From: Candidatus Bathyarchaeia archaeon
GTDB lineage: Archaea; Thermoproteota; Bathyarchaeia; Bathyarchaeales; Bathycorpusculaceae
Length of the DNA stretch: 64,000 nucleotides
Direction of reading: 5' to 3'
Assembly (NCBI GenBank): GCA_050010755.1
Contig: JBEKKK010000001.1
Coordinates: 320,001 to 384,000 of the forward strand
The translations under genes and the position numbers were made by a program. The notes beneath the pieces are model-generated. The model worked only from the letters and a program-made list of their open reading frames with translations, was not told where the DNA came from and made no database searches. Shown here one piece after another: positions 41,409-52,123 of the stretch. Within the stretch, counting starts at the first letter, position 1; the number at the start of each line of letters is the position of its first letter.

Positions 41409-42023
41409 GTGCCATATAGGTTTACGTTCGACCTTTCAAGGATATCACGGTTCTTCTTCATAGAGGTCACCACGGCTGCCTACCAAAAGGACGTGCACAG
41501 AAAGGTAGGCAAAACCGCCCAAGAAATGATAAAAAAGTTCAAGATTCAAGAGGCAACGGGGCTCAACTTGTCCGACGCCGTTACTCTTCTCGAGGATCTT
41601 ATAGATGTGCAGGCAAAGAATCTCATTGAGAGGGAAAGATTCATTCAAACGAAGAGAAGAGCGTTGCTTCTGCCTCACTGCTCCAGGAAATACATGGACA
41701 ACCGATGCAAAGCAGCGTTCGACGCCGCTCTGCCATCATATATCTGCGCTCACTGTTCTCCGGACTGTCAAGTTGGAAGAGCTGAACTTCTAGCAAAGAA
41801 GAGAGGCTATGACGTTTACATCTTGCCCGGGGGTTCTTGCATTCCAAAGATATTGAACGCGAACCACTACGAAGGCGTCATCGGAGTGGCCTGCGGCGAA
41901 GAGGTAAGAACCGGAGGGGAAACACTGAAAGCGATGAACATAAGCGGCCAAAGCGTTCCACTGATAAAAAACGGCTGCGCAAACACTGCTTTCAACATCG
42001 AAAACCTTTCAAAAATCCTCTGA
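41409..42023 (+). CDS. DUF116 family protein
   Basis: LLLPHC, C..C..DC, PGGS and GVAC motifs. Confidence 0.85.
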   Translation: MPYRFTFDLSRISRFFFIEVTTAAYQKDVHRKVGKTAQEMIKKFKIQEATGLNLSDAVTLLEDLIDVQAKNLIERERFIQTKRRALLLPHCSRKYMDNRCKAAFDAALPSYICAHCSPDCQVGRAELLAKKRGYDVYILPGGSCIPKILNANHYEGVIGVACGEEVRTGGETLKAMNISGQSVPLIKNGCANTAFNIENLSKIL

Positions 42024-42043
42024 GGGAAGAGATAGATTAGAAG

Positions 42044-42205
42044 CTACTTCACTAGTTCCCGTTTCTTCCATCTTAGGTTCTTGCTGTGACATTTTCTGCA
42101 TTTTACCGCGGTCGCCGCATTTCTTGCGCCGCACTGTCGGCATATCTTCATGTAGAGTCGGTGTCTCTGAGCTAGGGTTTTCTTGAGGGGATCAAGTATC
42201 GGCAT
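42044..42205 (-). CDS. rpl40e: 50S ribosomal protein L40e (53 aa)
   Basis: Manual translation MPILDPLKKTLAQRHRLYMKICRQCGARNAATAVKCRKCHSKNLRWKKRELVK; missing from the ORF track. Confidence 0.93.
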   Translation of the reverse strand: MPILDPLKKTLAQRHRLYMKICRQCGARNAATAVKCRKCHSKNLRWKKRELVK

Positions 42206-42293
42206 TGTTCATTCTCTCTTGTGTGGGTAAGAGTGAGACATTCCAGTGTCAAATATACTTTTTGCCGGTTCGCCCTGTCCACTCGAGGATCTT

Positions 42294-43175
42294 TCAGGCT
42301 TTAATCATCTTGGTCAGGAGTTCTGCCACGTCGCTTGGTTTTTCTGCAACCTTCACTCCTACCTTTCTGAAAGTATCGATTTTGTTTTCAGCCGTCCCGG
42401 CTTTGCCCATCACGATTGCTCCTGCGTGTCCCATGCGTTTTCCAGGTGGAGCCGACCGCCCGGCTATGAAGGCCACGACGGGTTTTGGATATGCTTCCTC
42501 TGAAATGTATTTTGCTGCCAACTCTTCAAGGTTGCCTCCAATCTCCCCTATCAGTACCGCTGCTTTCGTCTGTGAGTCGTTCTTGAACATTTCCAGGGCG
42601 TCTACGAAGTTCAGTCCTGTTATTGGGTCTCCTCCCAGACCTAAGCATGTGGACTGCCCCAGCTGCTTTCTGGAAAGCCCTGCGGCTATTTCGTACGTTA
42701 AGGTTCCGCTGCGTGAAACCATGCCTACGCTGCCGGGTTTGAAGATGTGTGAGGGCATTATGCCTAGTTTGGATGCCTCGGGAGATATTATGCCCGGAGT
42801 GTTAGGCCCGATTACGGTTGCGTTGACCTGTTTCGCGTATGCCATGACGTTGATGGCGTCTTTGATGGGAATGTGTTCGGTTATTATGACGAGGGTTTTT
42901 ATTTCGTTTTTCATGGCTTCAAGAGCCGCATCTGCGGCGAAGGGAGCCGGCACGAAAATTATTGCGGCGTTGGCGTGATGTTTTTCCTGTGCTTCTTCGC
43001 CTGAGTCATAGACCGGCACATCTTCAACGCGAGTTCCTCCTTTTCCCGGCGTCACGCCCGCAACTATTTTTGTGCCGTATTCTAGCATGAGCCTTGTGTG
43101 GAAGGTTCCCTGAGTCCCGGTTATTCCCCAGACTATTGCACGCGTGTCTTTGCCGATTATTATTCCCATGTTCAT
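42294..43175 (-). CDS. sucD: Succinyl-CoA ligase alpha subunit
   Basis: GITGTQG, GVTPGKGG, SRSGTLTYE and RMGHAGA phosphohistidine motifs. Confidence 0.93.
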   Translation of the reverse strand: MNMGIIIGKDTRAIVWGITGTQGTFHTRLMLEYGTKIVAGVTPGKGGTRVEDVPVYDSGEEAQEKHHANAAIIFVPAPFAADAALEAMKNEIKTLVIITEHIPIKDAINVMAYAKQVNATVIGPNTPGIISPEASKLGIMPSHIFKPGSVGMVSRSGTLTYEIAAGLSRKQLGQSTCLGLGGDPITGLNFVDALEMFKNDSQTKAAVLIGEIGGNLEELAAKYISEEAYPKPVVAFIAGRSAPPGKRMGHAGAIVMGKAGTAENKIDTFRKVGVKVAEKPSDVAELLTKMIKA

Positions 43176-44320
43176 GAGCCTCCTTTCTTGGAGATTTCGA
43201 CAGCTCGTTGCGCGGCCTCTTCCATGCTTTCCAGCACGTCGATTCCGGCCTCCGTGAGTATTCGTTTTCCCTCCTGTTCGTTCGTGCCCATCAGCCTGAT
43301 CACCATTGGCTTCGTCACTCCGACTCTCTCCTTGGCCTCTAGGATTCCTTTTGCAACTTCGTCGCAACGGGTGATTCCTCCGAGAATGTTTATGAAGAGC
43401 ACTTTGACGTTCGCGTCTGAGAGCACTATCTTGAGGGCGAGCGCCGTTTTTTCTGATGGAGCTCCTCCTCCGACGTCGAGAAAGTTTGCTGGTTTCCCAC
43501 CATAGTACTGTATCGTGTCCAACGTGGCCATTACCAAGCCTGCCCCGTTGCCTATGACTCCGATGTTTCCATCGAGCTTTACGTATGCTAAATCGTTCTT
43601 GAGGGCGTCTATCTCTTGTGGGCCGAGTTCGCTCTCCCCTTCGAGTAGCTTCTTGCGGTATTCTTGGTGACGAAAGAGGGCGTTGTCGTCGATTATCATG
43701 CGTGCGTCTGCTGCGAAGAATTTTCCGTCCGAGGCTTCAACCAGCGGGTTCATCTCGATGAGTTCAATGTCGTATTCCATGCCGACTAGGTAGAGTTTTT
43801 CGAGTATTCTGCCGAGGTCTGAGATTTGTGTTCCTGCGTAGCCCATTTTTTTCGCGATCTGTCGTGCTTGGAATGGGTGGAAACCGAAGTTGGGGTTTAT
43901 CGGAGTTGTAATCACTTTCTCGGGGGTTTTGGAGGCCACTTCCTCTATGTCCATGCCTCCGACGGCTGAGGCAATGGTGACGTATTGTTGTTTAAACCTG
44001 TCCGTGGTTATGCCGAAGTACAGTTCTCTTTTTACCTGGATTTTTTCTTCGATCCACACGCTCTTGACTGGGATGCCTTTTATCTGCATGTTCAACAGTT
44101 TTTCCGCGGTTTTCTCAACTTCTTCGGCAGAGTTGGCGAACTGAATGCCGCCTGCTTTCCCTCTTCCCGCAACCAAGACTTGCGCTTTGACCGCAACGGG
44201 CATTTTCAGTCTCGCCGCAACTTCGCGTGATTGCCGAGGGTTTGAGGCCAAGCCGCCTTGGGGCACGGGAACGCCGTACTTTGCAAGTATGTTTTTTGCT
44301 TCGTACTCGAACAGTTTCAT
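43172..44320 (-). CDS. sucC: Succinyl-CoA ligase beta subunit
   Basis: MKLFEYEAK, GRGKAGG, GNGAGL.MAT and PANFLDVGGG motifs. Confidence 0.94.
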   Translation of the reverse strand: MKLFEYEAKNILAKYGVPVPQGGLASNPRQSREVAARLKMPVAVKAQVLVAGRGKAGGIQFANSAEEVEKTAEKLLNMQIKGIPVKSVWIEEKIQVKRELYFGITTDRFKQQYVTIASAVGGMDIEEVASKTPEKVITTPINPNFGFHPFQARQIAKKMGYAGTQISDLGRILEKLYLVGMEYDIELIEMNPLVEASDGKFFAADARMIIDDNALFRHQEYRKKLLEGESELGPQEIDALKNDLAYVKLDGNIGVIGNGAGLVMATLDTIQYYGGKPANFLDVGGGAPSEKTALALKIVLSDANVKVLFINILGGITRCDEVAKGILEAKERVGVTKPMVIRLMGTNEQEGKRILTEAGIDVLESMEEAAQRAVEISKKGGS

Positions 44321-44333
44321 TCTGACGCTCTCC

Positions 44334-44792
44334 TCATCTTATCGTTTCTATCGCAATGTAGGATTTTGTGTCCTGTATACCGTCGATGGAGGATAGCCTT
44401 TTTAGAATTTCGTCGAGTTTTTCTCTCTCCGTCATCACGAGAGCATCCACGTCGCCAGCTATTCTGAACGCCTTCTGAACGGCAAGCTCTTTGATTTTCT
44501 CGTAGACGTGACTTCTCTTTAGAGGTGAAACCTTGATGAATATGAAGGCGGGAGTCGTGGAAATGCCGAGCGCATTGAGGCCTTCTTCGGTCACGTCGAT
44601 GAAGCCTCTTCCGGTTCTTATGTAGTTCAGGTCTCGTAGTTTTCGCAAGTGAACGTTCAAGGCTTGTCTGCTTATGTCCAGCTGTCTCGCCAGTTCATCC
44701 TGCTTTAGGCGCAGAGTGTAGGCATTTGTCGATTTGCCCTTGTCGCAGAGCAACTGCAGGAGTTGTCTTGAACGTCTTGTGAGATTCTCCAA
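44334..44792 (-). CDS. Lrp/AsnC-family regulator
   Basis: QDELARQLDISRQALN HTH; IAGDVD RAM domain. Confidence 0.82.
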   Translation of the reverse strand: MENLTRRSRQLLQLLCDKGKSTNAYTLRLKQDELARQLDISRQALNVHLRKLRDLNYIRTGRGFIDVTEEGLNALGISTTPAFIFIKVSPLKRSHVYEKIKELAVQKAFRIAGDVDALVMTEREKLDEILKRLSSIDGIQDTKSYIAIETIR

Positions 44793-45005
44793 ATTGTCTC
44801 CTCGATCTTTGAGTTTTTGTGAAGATTGGTGTTTACGATAGTGTCGTTTATTTAAATGTTTAGCAAGAAACAGGAACAAAACAGATTCTTTTCAAAATCA
44901 CGCTCTTGATAGACTGTGGATTTAAACCGTAATGTATTTATTAGCGGAGAAAGAAGGTTATGAAGCCTACAAAAAAAATGGAAACTAGGAGCGAGGCGGT
45001 AAGGA

Positions 45006-45284
45006 ATGTCCGAAAGCAATGCAGTGTTGATCGGAAACAAGCCAGTAATGAACTATGTACTGGCATGCATAACCCTCTTTCACGGCGGAGCTAAAGAAGT
45101 TAATGTTAAGGCGCGGGGAAGATCGATAAGTCGAGCGGTTGATGTCGTCGAGGTTGTCAGACGCCGATTCTTGCCAGACGTGAAGATCAAGAGAATTGGC
45201 ATTGGAACTCAGCAGATGGCACCCAGAGAAGAGGGTGGCTCGCCTTCAAACGTCAGCACAGTCGAGATTTCACTTGAACGATAG
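45006..45284 (+). CDS. albA: DNA/RNA-binding protein Alba
   Basis: [10 protein letters not shown] and [13 protein letters not shown] motifs. Confidence 0.96.
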   Translation: MSESNAVLIGNKPVMNYVLACITLFHGGAKEVNVKARGRSISRAVDVVEVVRRRFLPDVKIKRIGIGTQQMAPREEGGSPSNVSTVEISLER

Positions 45285-45352
45285 AATACCATTAGTTCGG
45301 AAAGCAATGTGCTCCGCCGCCCCTCCTTTGTTCATGGAGGGCCATTCTATAG

Positions 45353-45859
45353 TTGAAGATGGGTCTTTGCAGTTTCTGCCTAAAGAGCGGTATACTGTGT
45401 CAAAAGTGTTCGGCTAAAGTGAAGTCTGGGGAAGTCAGCGAGACAGACTTGAGAGTGGCCCGTTTGCTCCTGTCCCTAGAGGAAAAGTTTCCTTCGCTTC
45501 AGAACGTGTATTTTCATAAGACGGTTGAGACGGACGGGACGTTGGCGATTGTGGTCGGTCCTGGGGATGTTCCCCGTCTTCTGGGATATGGAGGAAAAAT
45601 CATTAAGACGTTGGGTGAAGAGACGGGAAGGAACATTCGTGTTTTGGAGAACGGGGTTGACAATCGCAAATTTTTGGAAGACTTGTTTGCTCCGTTGAAT
45701 ATCTTGACGATTAACACGATTTGGCTTCCTGATGGGAGTACGGAGACGAGGGTTATTCTGGGGAGAAAGCGTGGTCGTTCTTCGCTTGATGTAAAGGCTT
45801 TAAAGGAGATTGCCAGTAAGATTCGCAACATAACTTTGCGGGTTGAGTTCGCGGACTAG
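45353..45859 (+). CDS. Archaeal NusA-like KH protein with N-terminal Zn finger
   Basis: C.FC.KSGILC..C and LLGYGGKII KH motif. Confidence 0.8.
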   Translation: MKMGLCSFCLKSGILCQKCSAKVKSGEVSETDLRVARLLLSLEEKFPSLQNVYFHKTVETDGTLAIVVGPGDVPRLLGYGGKIIKTLGEETGRNIRVLENGVDNRKFLEDLFAPLNILTINTIWLPDGSTETRVILGRKRGRSSLDVKALKEIASKIRNITLRVEFAD

Positions 45860-45879
45860 GCTTAGGCGAGGCGATTCTG

Positions 45880-47196
45880 ATGAATTTGGATTCGGTCGGT
45901 GACTGGCGCAGAACACACTATTCTGCGGATGTTAAGCCCGAGATGGACGGTCAGGAGGTGACGCTTTTTGGCTGGGTTCAGGAAATCAGGGACCTGGGCG
46001 GGATTCGGTTTGTGATACTGCAGGACAGAGAGGGCACGATTCAAGTGACGGTGTTGCGGAAGAAGGCAAGCGGCGAAGTGTTGTCGAAGTCGGATGCGCT
46101 ACAGAAGCGGTTCAGCATAGGTGTGAAGGGAACGGTGAAGAAGACGCAGATGACGCCGAGAGGCGTCGAAGTGCTGCCGAAGGACATCAGAATCTTTAAC
46201 ACGGCCGGGGAGTTGCCCATAGACATAGGTGGAAAGACGCCTGCTAACCTGGAAGTCTGCTTGGATGCGAGGGCGTTGGATCTCTGTCAAGAGAAAAACA
46301 TTGCGGTGTTCAAGATTCAACACGTGGCGACGGAGGCGATTCGAAGTTTTCTGTTCGAGAGAGGCTTTTTGGAGGTGCACACGCCGCGCATAATCGCGTC
46401 GGCTACGGAGGGCGGTGCGGCGCTTTTTTCAATTGACTTTTTCGATAGGAAGGCGTTTCTTGCTCAGAGTCCGCAGTTGTACAAGGAGGAGCTGGTGATG
46501 AGCTTGGAGAAGGTGTTCGAGATTGGTCCGTTTTTTAGGGCTGAGATGTCGCACACGCGTCGTCATCTGAGCGAGTTTACGTCGATTGATGTTGAAGAGG
46601 CGTTTGCGGACGCTGAAGACGTGATGGAGTTGCTTGAGCAGGTGATTCAGCACACGTGCAGGAGCGTTGTTGAAAAGTGTGGGAGGGAGTTGGCGACGCT
46701 GAATTATGGTTTGAAGGTGCCTGAGGTTCCGTTCAAGCGGTTCACGTATTCGGAGATTATTGAGGAGTTGAAGGGGGAGGGAGTGAGTGTTGAGTGGGGT
46801 GAGGATATTCCGACGCCGGCTTTCAGGACAGTGGGGAGGCTTCATCCGGATTTCTATTTCATTGTTGAGTGGCCGACTGAGGCGAAGGCGTTTTACATTA
46901 AGCCGCGGGATGACAGGCCTGAGGTTTCGGAGGGTTTTGATTTGATGTGGAAGTGGATTGAGCTAGTTTCAGGCGGGACGAGGATAGCTTCGAAGGAGCT
47001 TTTGACGAGGCGTTTGAGGGAGAAGGGTTTGAACCCTGAGTCGTTTAAGCATCATCTGCAGGCGTTTGATTATGGGATGCCGCCGCACGCGGGTTGGGCG
47101 ATAGGGCTGGAAAGATTGACGATGGCGTTGACGGGTAAGAAGAACATCAGAGAAACTACCCTGTATCCGAGGGACAAGTTCAGGCTCACGCCATAA
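45880..47196 (+). CDS. aspS: Aspartate-tRNA ligase (archaeal type)
   Basis: RTHY, LAQSPQLYK, FRAE..HTRRH and MPPHAG..IGLER motifs. Confidence 0.95.
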   Translation: MNLDSVGDWRRTHYSADVKPEMDGQEVTLFGWVQEIRDLGGIRFVILQDREGTIQVTVLRKKASGEVLSKSDALQKRFSIGVKGTVKKTQMTPRGVEVLPKDIRIFNTAGELPIDIGGKTPANLEVCLDARALDLCQEKNIAVFKIQHVATEAIRSFLFERGFLEVHTPRIIASATEGGAALFSIDFFDRKAFLAQSPQLYKEELVMSLEKVFEIGPFFRAEMSHTRRHLSEFTSIDVEEAFADAEDVMELLEQVIQHTCRSVVEKCGRELATLNYGLKVPEVPFKRFTYSEIIEELKGEGVSVEWGEDIPTPAFRTVGRLHPDFYFIVEWPTEAKAFYIKPRDDRPEVSEGFDLMWKWIELVSGGTRIASKELLTRRLREKGLNPESFKHHLQAFDYGMPPHAGWAIGLERLTMALTGKKNIRETTLYPRDKFRLTP

Positions 47197-47975
47197 AGTT
47201 GACAAGCAGCCTATTCGCAAGATTCTTGAGTTTTCATATTTTGCGGCGGCTCTAGCCCAGTTTCGCATCTGTTTCGCGCAGGGACGATATGAAAAAAGTC
47301 TTCAAGCGGGCGGTCGCCCCCTCCCTTTTTTTCCTTTACATCAGATGTAATGTTGCTTTGTAATGTTGTATTGTAAGTTTTCCATGTTGAATTTTGACCC
47401 CCAGCTCTGCGGTTGTGACGTCAGTTGTAATTTTGTTTTGTGACAAGCCATTGTAAATTTCCATGTTGTCCGTGCACCCTTTCCGAAAATGCCTCGAATT
47501 TGGTCTTGGAGCGGCCGTCAAGGTCGACCCGCTTTGCGTGGGCCGTAAAAGAAAAATATGAGTTTAACCTATAGAATAATGGGGGTTGAAGATGGTTAAG
47601 TTTTTTGAGCGAGCCGAATGCAGAAATTGTGTTTCCAAGGGCGGCAGCCACTGTTGGAACCAGTGTTCATACAATGCCTGGTTCGTCTCATTAATCCTGC
47701 TTTGCCTCAACACTTTTCCTTTCTTCACCTTTTTTGAGCGTCCGCTCCGTCGAGTCTCTTCATATCCATTATCTGTTTGACCGCGTGGAACGCGCGAACT
47801 GGCTTACAGTAAAACGTAGGAATTTAAGAGCAGACATTCGCGAAGTCGAAGTTCTGCACGGTGGCAATCTTTGCCCTGAACCCAGTGTTTGGCACTGTTT
47901 CTGTAAAAGTTTACATGGGTTTTAGTTAAAAATGTCCTAAAAACTGATAAACCCCCCTTCTCTCTACTGCGCAGC

Positions 47976-49478
47976 ATGCAAGATGATCTCAAGATCGCGT
48001 GCGGAGTGTTCGGTGCAAAGAGTCTTGAGAACAAGCCAGTTTTTCCTTACATTTATTGGGGTATGAGGGCGCAGAATCATAGGGGTCATCAGTCGCACGG
48101 TTTTTTGACGTTTCAGGATGACAAGTTTCATGTTCACAGGAACTTGGATCTTGTGCCGAAGATAAGGACGAGTGCGATTCAGGAGTGGTTTGGGCGGCTG
48201 CCTGGGAGCGTGGGTATCGGTAACGTGAGGTACACGACTTCTGGAAAGTGTGATGACATGTCGCTGATTAAGGGGACTCAGCCGGTTACTGCGACGAAGA
48301 ACGGCAATAAAGTGGCTGTTTCGTTCAACGGCAACGTTGTTAACACGTTTCAGCTTAGGAAGGAGATTGACAGTAAGTTTCGGGGTTTCGAGTATGAGTG
48401 TGACTCTGACCTGATTTGTCATAAGCTTTTGATTGAGCTTGTGGAGCGTAAGGATTTGGATTCTGCGGTCAAAGTGTGCATGCAGGAGATTGAGGGAGCC
48501 TTCAGCGTTGCAGGCCTTACGGAGAAGGGTGATTTGTTTGCTTTCAAGGATCCGCACGGCATAAGGCCGCTGTGCGCTGGTCACAGTCCGGACGGTTCGA
48601 CCCTCGTGTTTTCATCCGAAACCGTTAGTTTGGACATTAACGGTTTTGAACGGGATTTTGAGCTGGAACCCGGAGAGCTTGTGACGATTTCTGACAAGGG
48701 TTTTGAGAGACGAAGACTCGTGAGTGGTGATCGGAAGGCTTTCTGCGCGTTCGAGTTTGCGTATTTTGCGAGGCCGGATTCGCGGTTTGATGACAGGTAC
48801 GTGTACGAGGTTCGGGAGGAGTTCGGCAGAAACCTCGTCAAAGAAAATCCCGGCGCGGTGAAGGATGCGGACATTATTCTTTCTGTGCCCGAAACGGGTG
48901 ACGATTCGGCGATGGGTGTTCACGAGGCTTCGGGGATAAGGTGGGAGAGGGCCACGCGGAGACACAGGTACGTTACTGAGAGGGCTTTTCTGTTACTGGG
49001 CAAGGATCGCAATTCGACGATAGACAGGAAGGTCAACATTCTGGCCCCGAAGGTTGAGGGAAAACGGATCATAGTCACAGAGGACAGCATCGTCAGAAGC
49101 GACACGACACGGATAATAGTCGAGAAACTGCGAAGAATGGGCGCCAAAAAAGTGTACGTGTTCGTGACTTTTCCACGCATAATCGGTCCCTGCCTGTACG
49201 GCATAGACATGGCAACGTACGGGCAGCTGATAGGTTCACGCCACAGTCCAGAGGAGATTGCCAAGATAATCGGAGCGGACGCGGTTTGCTATCAGTCTCT
49301 GGAAGGACTCGTGAGGGCGACGGGCTTCAAGAAGGACCAGCTGTGCACGGCATGCGTAACGGGCAAGTATCCAACGCCTATGGCTCAACAGATAGCCGAT
49401 AAGATGAAGAAGCAGTTCTTGGAAGGCCGCGAAGAAGATAGAAGAGGGTACGAGATAGATCCCGCCGAGATGGCGTAG
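47976..49478 (+). CDS. purF: Amidophosphoribosyltransferase
   Basis: CGVFG after a short propeptide; HRG, VRYTT, CAFEFAYFARPDS, EDSIVR and PCLYGIDM motifs. Confidence 0.93.
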   Translation: MQDDLKIACGVFGAKSLENKPVFPYIYWGMRAQNHRGHQSHGFLTFQDDKFHVHRNLDLVPKIRTSAIQEWFGRLPGSVGIGNVRYTTSGKCDDMSLIKGTQPVTATKNGNKVAVSFNGNVVNTFQLRKEIDSKFRGFEYECDSDLICHKLLIELVERKDLDSAVKVCMQEIEGAFSVAGLTEKGDLFAFKDPHGIRPLCAGHSPDGSTLVFSSETVSLDINGFERDFELEPGELVTISDKGFERRRLVSGDRKAFCAFEFAYFARPDSRFDDRYVYEVREEFGRNLVKENPGAVKDADIILSVPETGDDSAMGVHEASGIRWERATRRHRYVTERAFLLLGKDRNSTIDRKVNILAPKVEGKRIIVTEDSIVRSDTTRIIVEKLRRMGAKKVYVFVTFPRIIGPCLYGIDMATYGQLIGSRHSPEEIAKIIGADAVCYQSLEGLVRATGFKKDQLCTACVTGKYPTPMAQQIADKMKKQFLEGREEDRRGYEIDPAEMA

Positions 49479-49512
49479 CGGCGGACAGGATTAGGCGTTT
49501 CAAAGTCACTTT

Positions 49513-50946
49513 GTGAACTTGGAGAATTTGCTCGTGGAGAAGGTGGGCGTACTCGTCGTTTCATACGGTTCAAGAGAGGCCGCGATGGTTGACGCCTTTG
49601 CGAGAAGCCGAAAATACAGGGTGGAGCTTTATGTTGCGGACAAGCAGCGGAACCCGTTCAACATCGAAAGGGCCGCCAAGCACGTTGTCATACCTGACCT
49701 GAACATTGGTGAAATCTGCAAGTTCGCAGAGGCCAACAGGGAAAGCATCGACTTCGGCATAATCGGTCCAGAGAAGCCTATTATCGAGGGCGTGCGCGAC
49801 CTGGTGGAAAAGGAGACGAGCATACCGTTGATCTGTCCCACGAAAGAGTACGCCATAGAGGAAAGCAAGGTCCAGCAGAGGCTTCTTTTTCAAGAAATCG
49901 TTCCCGAAGTGAACCCGCGCTTCAAAGTTTTCGACCCGAGAGATTACCGGGACAAGGCTCAGGTGAAGCAGGCCGTCGAAAACTGGGTTGACGAATTGCA
50001 AGATCAAGCGGTCGTCAAGCCTGACAAGCCCACAGCGGGAAAGGGAGTGGGCGTCTGGGGAGACCATTTCACGACGCGAAAGGGACTGTTTGAACACTTC
50101 CTATCCAACTTTCAGTACGGCACCGTTATCATTGAGGAAAAGGTTAACGGGGAAGAATCGAGTTTTCAAGCCTTCTGCGACGGCAAACGGCTCGTGCCCC
50201 TTCCAGACACCAGAGACCACAAACGCGCGTTCGACGATGACAGGGGACCGAACACGGGAGGAATGGGCAGTTACAAAGACAGGGGCGACGTGTTGCCGTT
50301 CCTGTCCAAAGCGGATCGGGAGAGAGAATTGGAGGTGGTGGAGAAGATTTTTGGAAGGTGGCAGTCGAGCTCAAAGGATGCGTCAGGTTTGAGGGGTGTG
50401 CCGTTGTATGTGGCTTTCATGCACACGGGCAAGGGGTTGAAGATTCTTGAGAATAACAGCCGCCCAGGAGACCCCGAAATAATTAACGTTCTGCCAGTCT
50501 TAAAGGACGACTTTGTCGACGTGTGTTTCAGAATTCTGGAGGGAAATTTGAACCAAATTAGCTTGGAAAAGTCGGCGACCGTTGTGACGTATAAGGTTCC
50601 GCCCAACTACGGTGGATACGCTGAAGCTTTTCCCAACCTTGTGAGAGTAGGCGAGGTTGGCAAGCCTGTTGACCTTTCGGGAGCCTACGAACTGAGCAAA
50701 AAGTATGGTGATCGTATTCGTGTTTATCCTGGTTCGATGGATTTGCGAGACGGTGAAACCTTTGCTCTTAAGTCGCGGACTGTGTGCGTTGTCGGCGTGG
50801 GTGAGGATTTGGAGAATGCTAGAAATGTTTCTCTGGAGGGCATAGCCGCCGTAAAAGGCGGCGCATTGTGGAGCAGAACTGACATCGCTTCCAAAGCGCA
50901 CATTGAGAAGAGCGTGAAGCACATGGAAGAGTTGAGGCGCAAATGA
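49513..50946 (+). CDS. purD: Phosphoribosylamine-glycine ligase
   Basis: IGPEKP, GKGV, DHKRAFDDD.GPNTGGMG and N.RPGDPE motifs. Confidence 0.9.
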   Translation: MNLENLLVEKVGVLVVSYGSREAAMVDAFARSRKYRVELYVADKQRNPFNIERAAKHVVIPDLNIGEICKFAEANRESIDFGIIGPEKPIIEGVRDLVEKETSIPLICPTKEYAIEESKVQQRLLFQEIVPEVNPRFKVFDPRDYRDKAQVKQAVENWVDELQDQAVVKPDKPTAGKGVGVWGDHFTTRKGLFEHFLSNFQYGTVIIEEKVNGEESSFQAFCDGKRLVPLPDTRDHKRAFDDDRGPNTGGMGSYKDRGDVLPFLSKADRERELEVVEKIFGRWQSSSKDASGLRGVPLYVAFMHTGKGLKILENNSRPGDPEIINVLPVLKDDFVDVCFRILEGNLNQISLEKSATVVTYKVPPNYGGYAEAFPNLVRVGEVGKPVDLSGAYELSKKYGDRIRVYPGSMDLRDGETFALKSRTVCVVGVGEDLENARNVSLEGIAAVKGGALWSRTDIASKAHIEKSVKHMEELRRK

Positions 50947-52031
50947 TGAAGAGAGTCTTTGTCTCGGACTGTGAAGGGCCGATTTCGAAGAATGACAACG
51001 CGTTCGAGTTAACTTCTCATTTCGTTCCTAACGGGGACAAGCTGTTCACGGTTGTGAGCAGGTATGACGACGTGTTGGCAGAGGTTGTTAGGAAACCAGG
51101 ATATGAAGCCGGTGGCACGATTAAGCTGATTCTGCCTTTTCTCAAGGCCTACGGCGTCACCGACCAGAAAATGAGGGAATTCTCGGCCGAACACTTGGTT
51201 TGCATCGCGGGCATTGGGAACACGCTTCAGCATGTTAGGGGTTTGGCCCCTGCGTTCATAGTCAGCGCAAGTTATGAGCACTATCTGAGAAGCCTATGCG
51301 AAGTTTTGGAATTTCCCTTCGAGAACGCCTATTGTACACGGGTATGCTTGGACAAGTACGGCATTGGCGCGAATGAGAAACAGAGGTTGAAGCAGATTGT
51401 GAGGGAGATCGCGAAGATGCCCGTGTTCGACATCCCTTCAGAATACGAGTCGCTGGATGACCTGGCAGAAAAGGAACAGGAAACGGTGAGGCGGCTTGAC
51501 GAGATTTTCTGGAAAGAAATTGCTGTTGAAATGGAAATTGGCACGGTCTATTGTGAAGTTAAACCAGTGGGGGGAGGCCAGAAAGCTGAAGCGATCGAAA
51601 ACATAGCGGGGAGGCTGAACGTTGCAGTGACGGATGTCATGTACGTAGGTGACAGCATAACGGATGACGAGGCTTTCAAGCTGGTGGAGAGAAAGGGCGG
51701 CTTGACGGTGTCTTTCAATGGCAACCAGTACGCAGTTAGAAACGCGGAGATTGCAGTTCTTTCTGAAAACAGCGTCGTGACAGCTGTGATTGCTGACGCG
51801 TTTCTTAGGCTTGGAAAAACTGAAGCCTTACGCTTGGTGAAGAACTGGAACAAGAAAGCGCTGGAGAAAAGCGGGATAAGTCAGTCTTTGATTAAGCGGC
51901 TTTTCAAGTTGTATCCGAGGAAGCTACCTGAAGCCGTCATAGTTACCGAAGAAAATGTTGGGACTCTGGCAAAAAAGAGCAGCAGGTTCAGAAACAAAGT
52001 CAGGGGAGAGGCCGTAGGAAGGTTGGGCTGA
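50943..52031 (+). CDS. HAD-superfamily protein (COG4030/EhaR-like)
   Basis: DCEGP..NDNA, YVGDSITD and SFNGN.YA motifs. Confidence 0.78.
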   Translation: MMKRVFVSDCEGPISKNDNAFELTSHFVPNGDKLFTVVSRYDDVLAEVVRKPGYEAGGTIKLILPFLKAYGVTDQKMREFSAEHLVCIAGIGNTLQHVRGLAPAFIVSASYEHYLRSLCEVLEFPFENAYCTRVCLDKYGIGANEKQRLKQIVREIAKMPVFDIPSEYESLDDLAEKEQETVRRLDEIFWKEIAVEMEIGTVYCEVKPVGGGQKAEAIENIAGRLNVAVTDVMYVGDSITDDEAFKLVERKGGLTVSFNGNQYAVRNAEIAVLSENSVVTAVIADAFLRLGKTEALRLVKNWNKKALEKSGISQSLIKRLFKLYPRKLPEAVIVTEENVGTLAKKSSRFRNKVRGEAVGRLG

Positions 52032-52123
52032 AACTCGCCCCTCATCTCGACGCGTACGCTAGTGCACGCGCAATGTTTCATTAAAATGAATTGCGGTTTT
52101 ATCCACTGGCAAAATCCCGTGTT

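Noticed and set aside
47336-47925. Small ORFs between aspS and purF, including Cys-rich 47586-47780
   Set aside because: Mutually overlapping with no family motif; cannot be supported without homology data.
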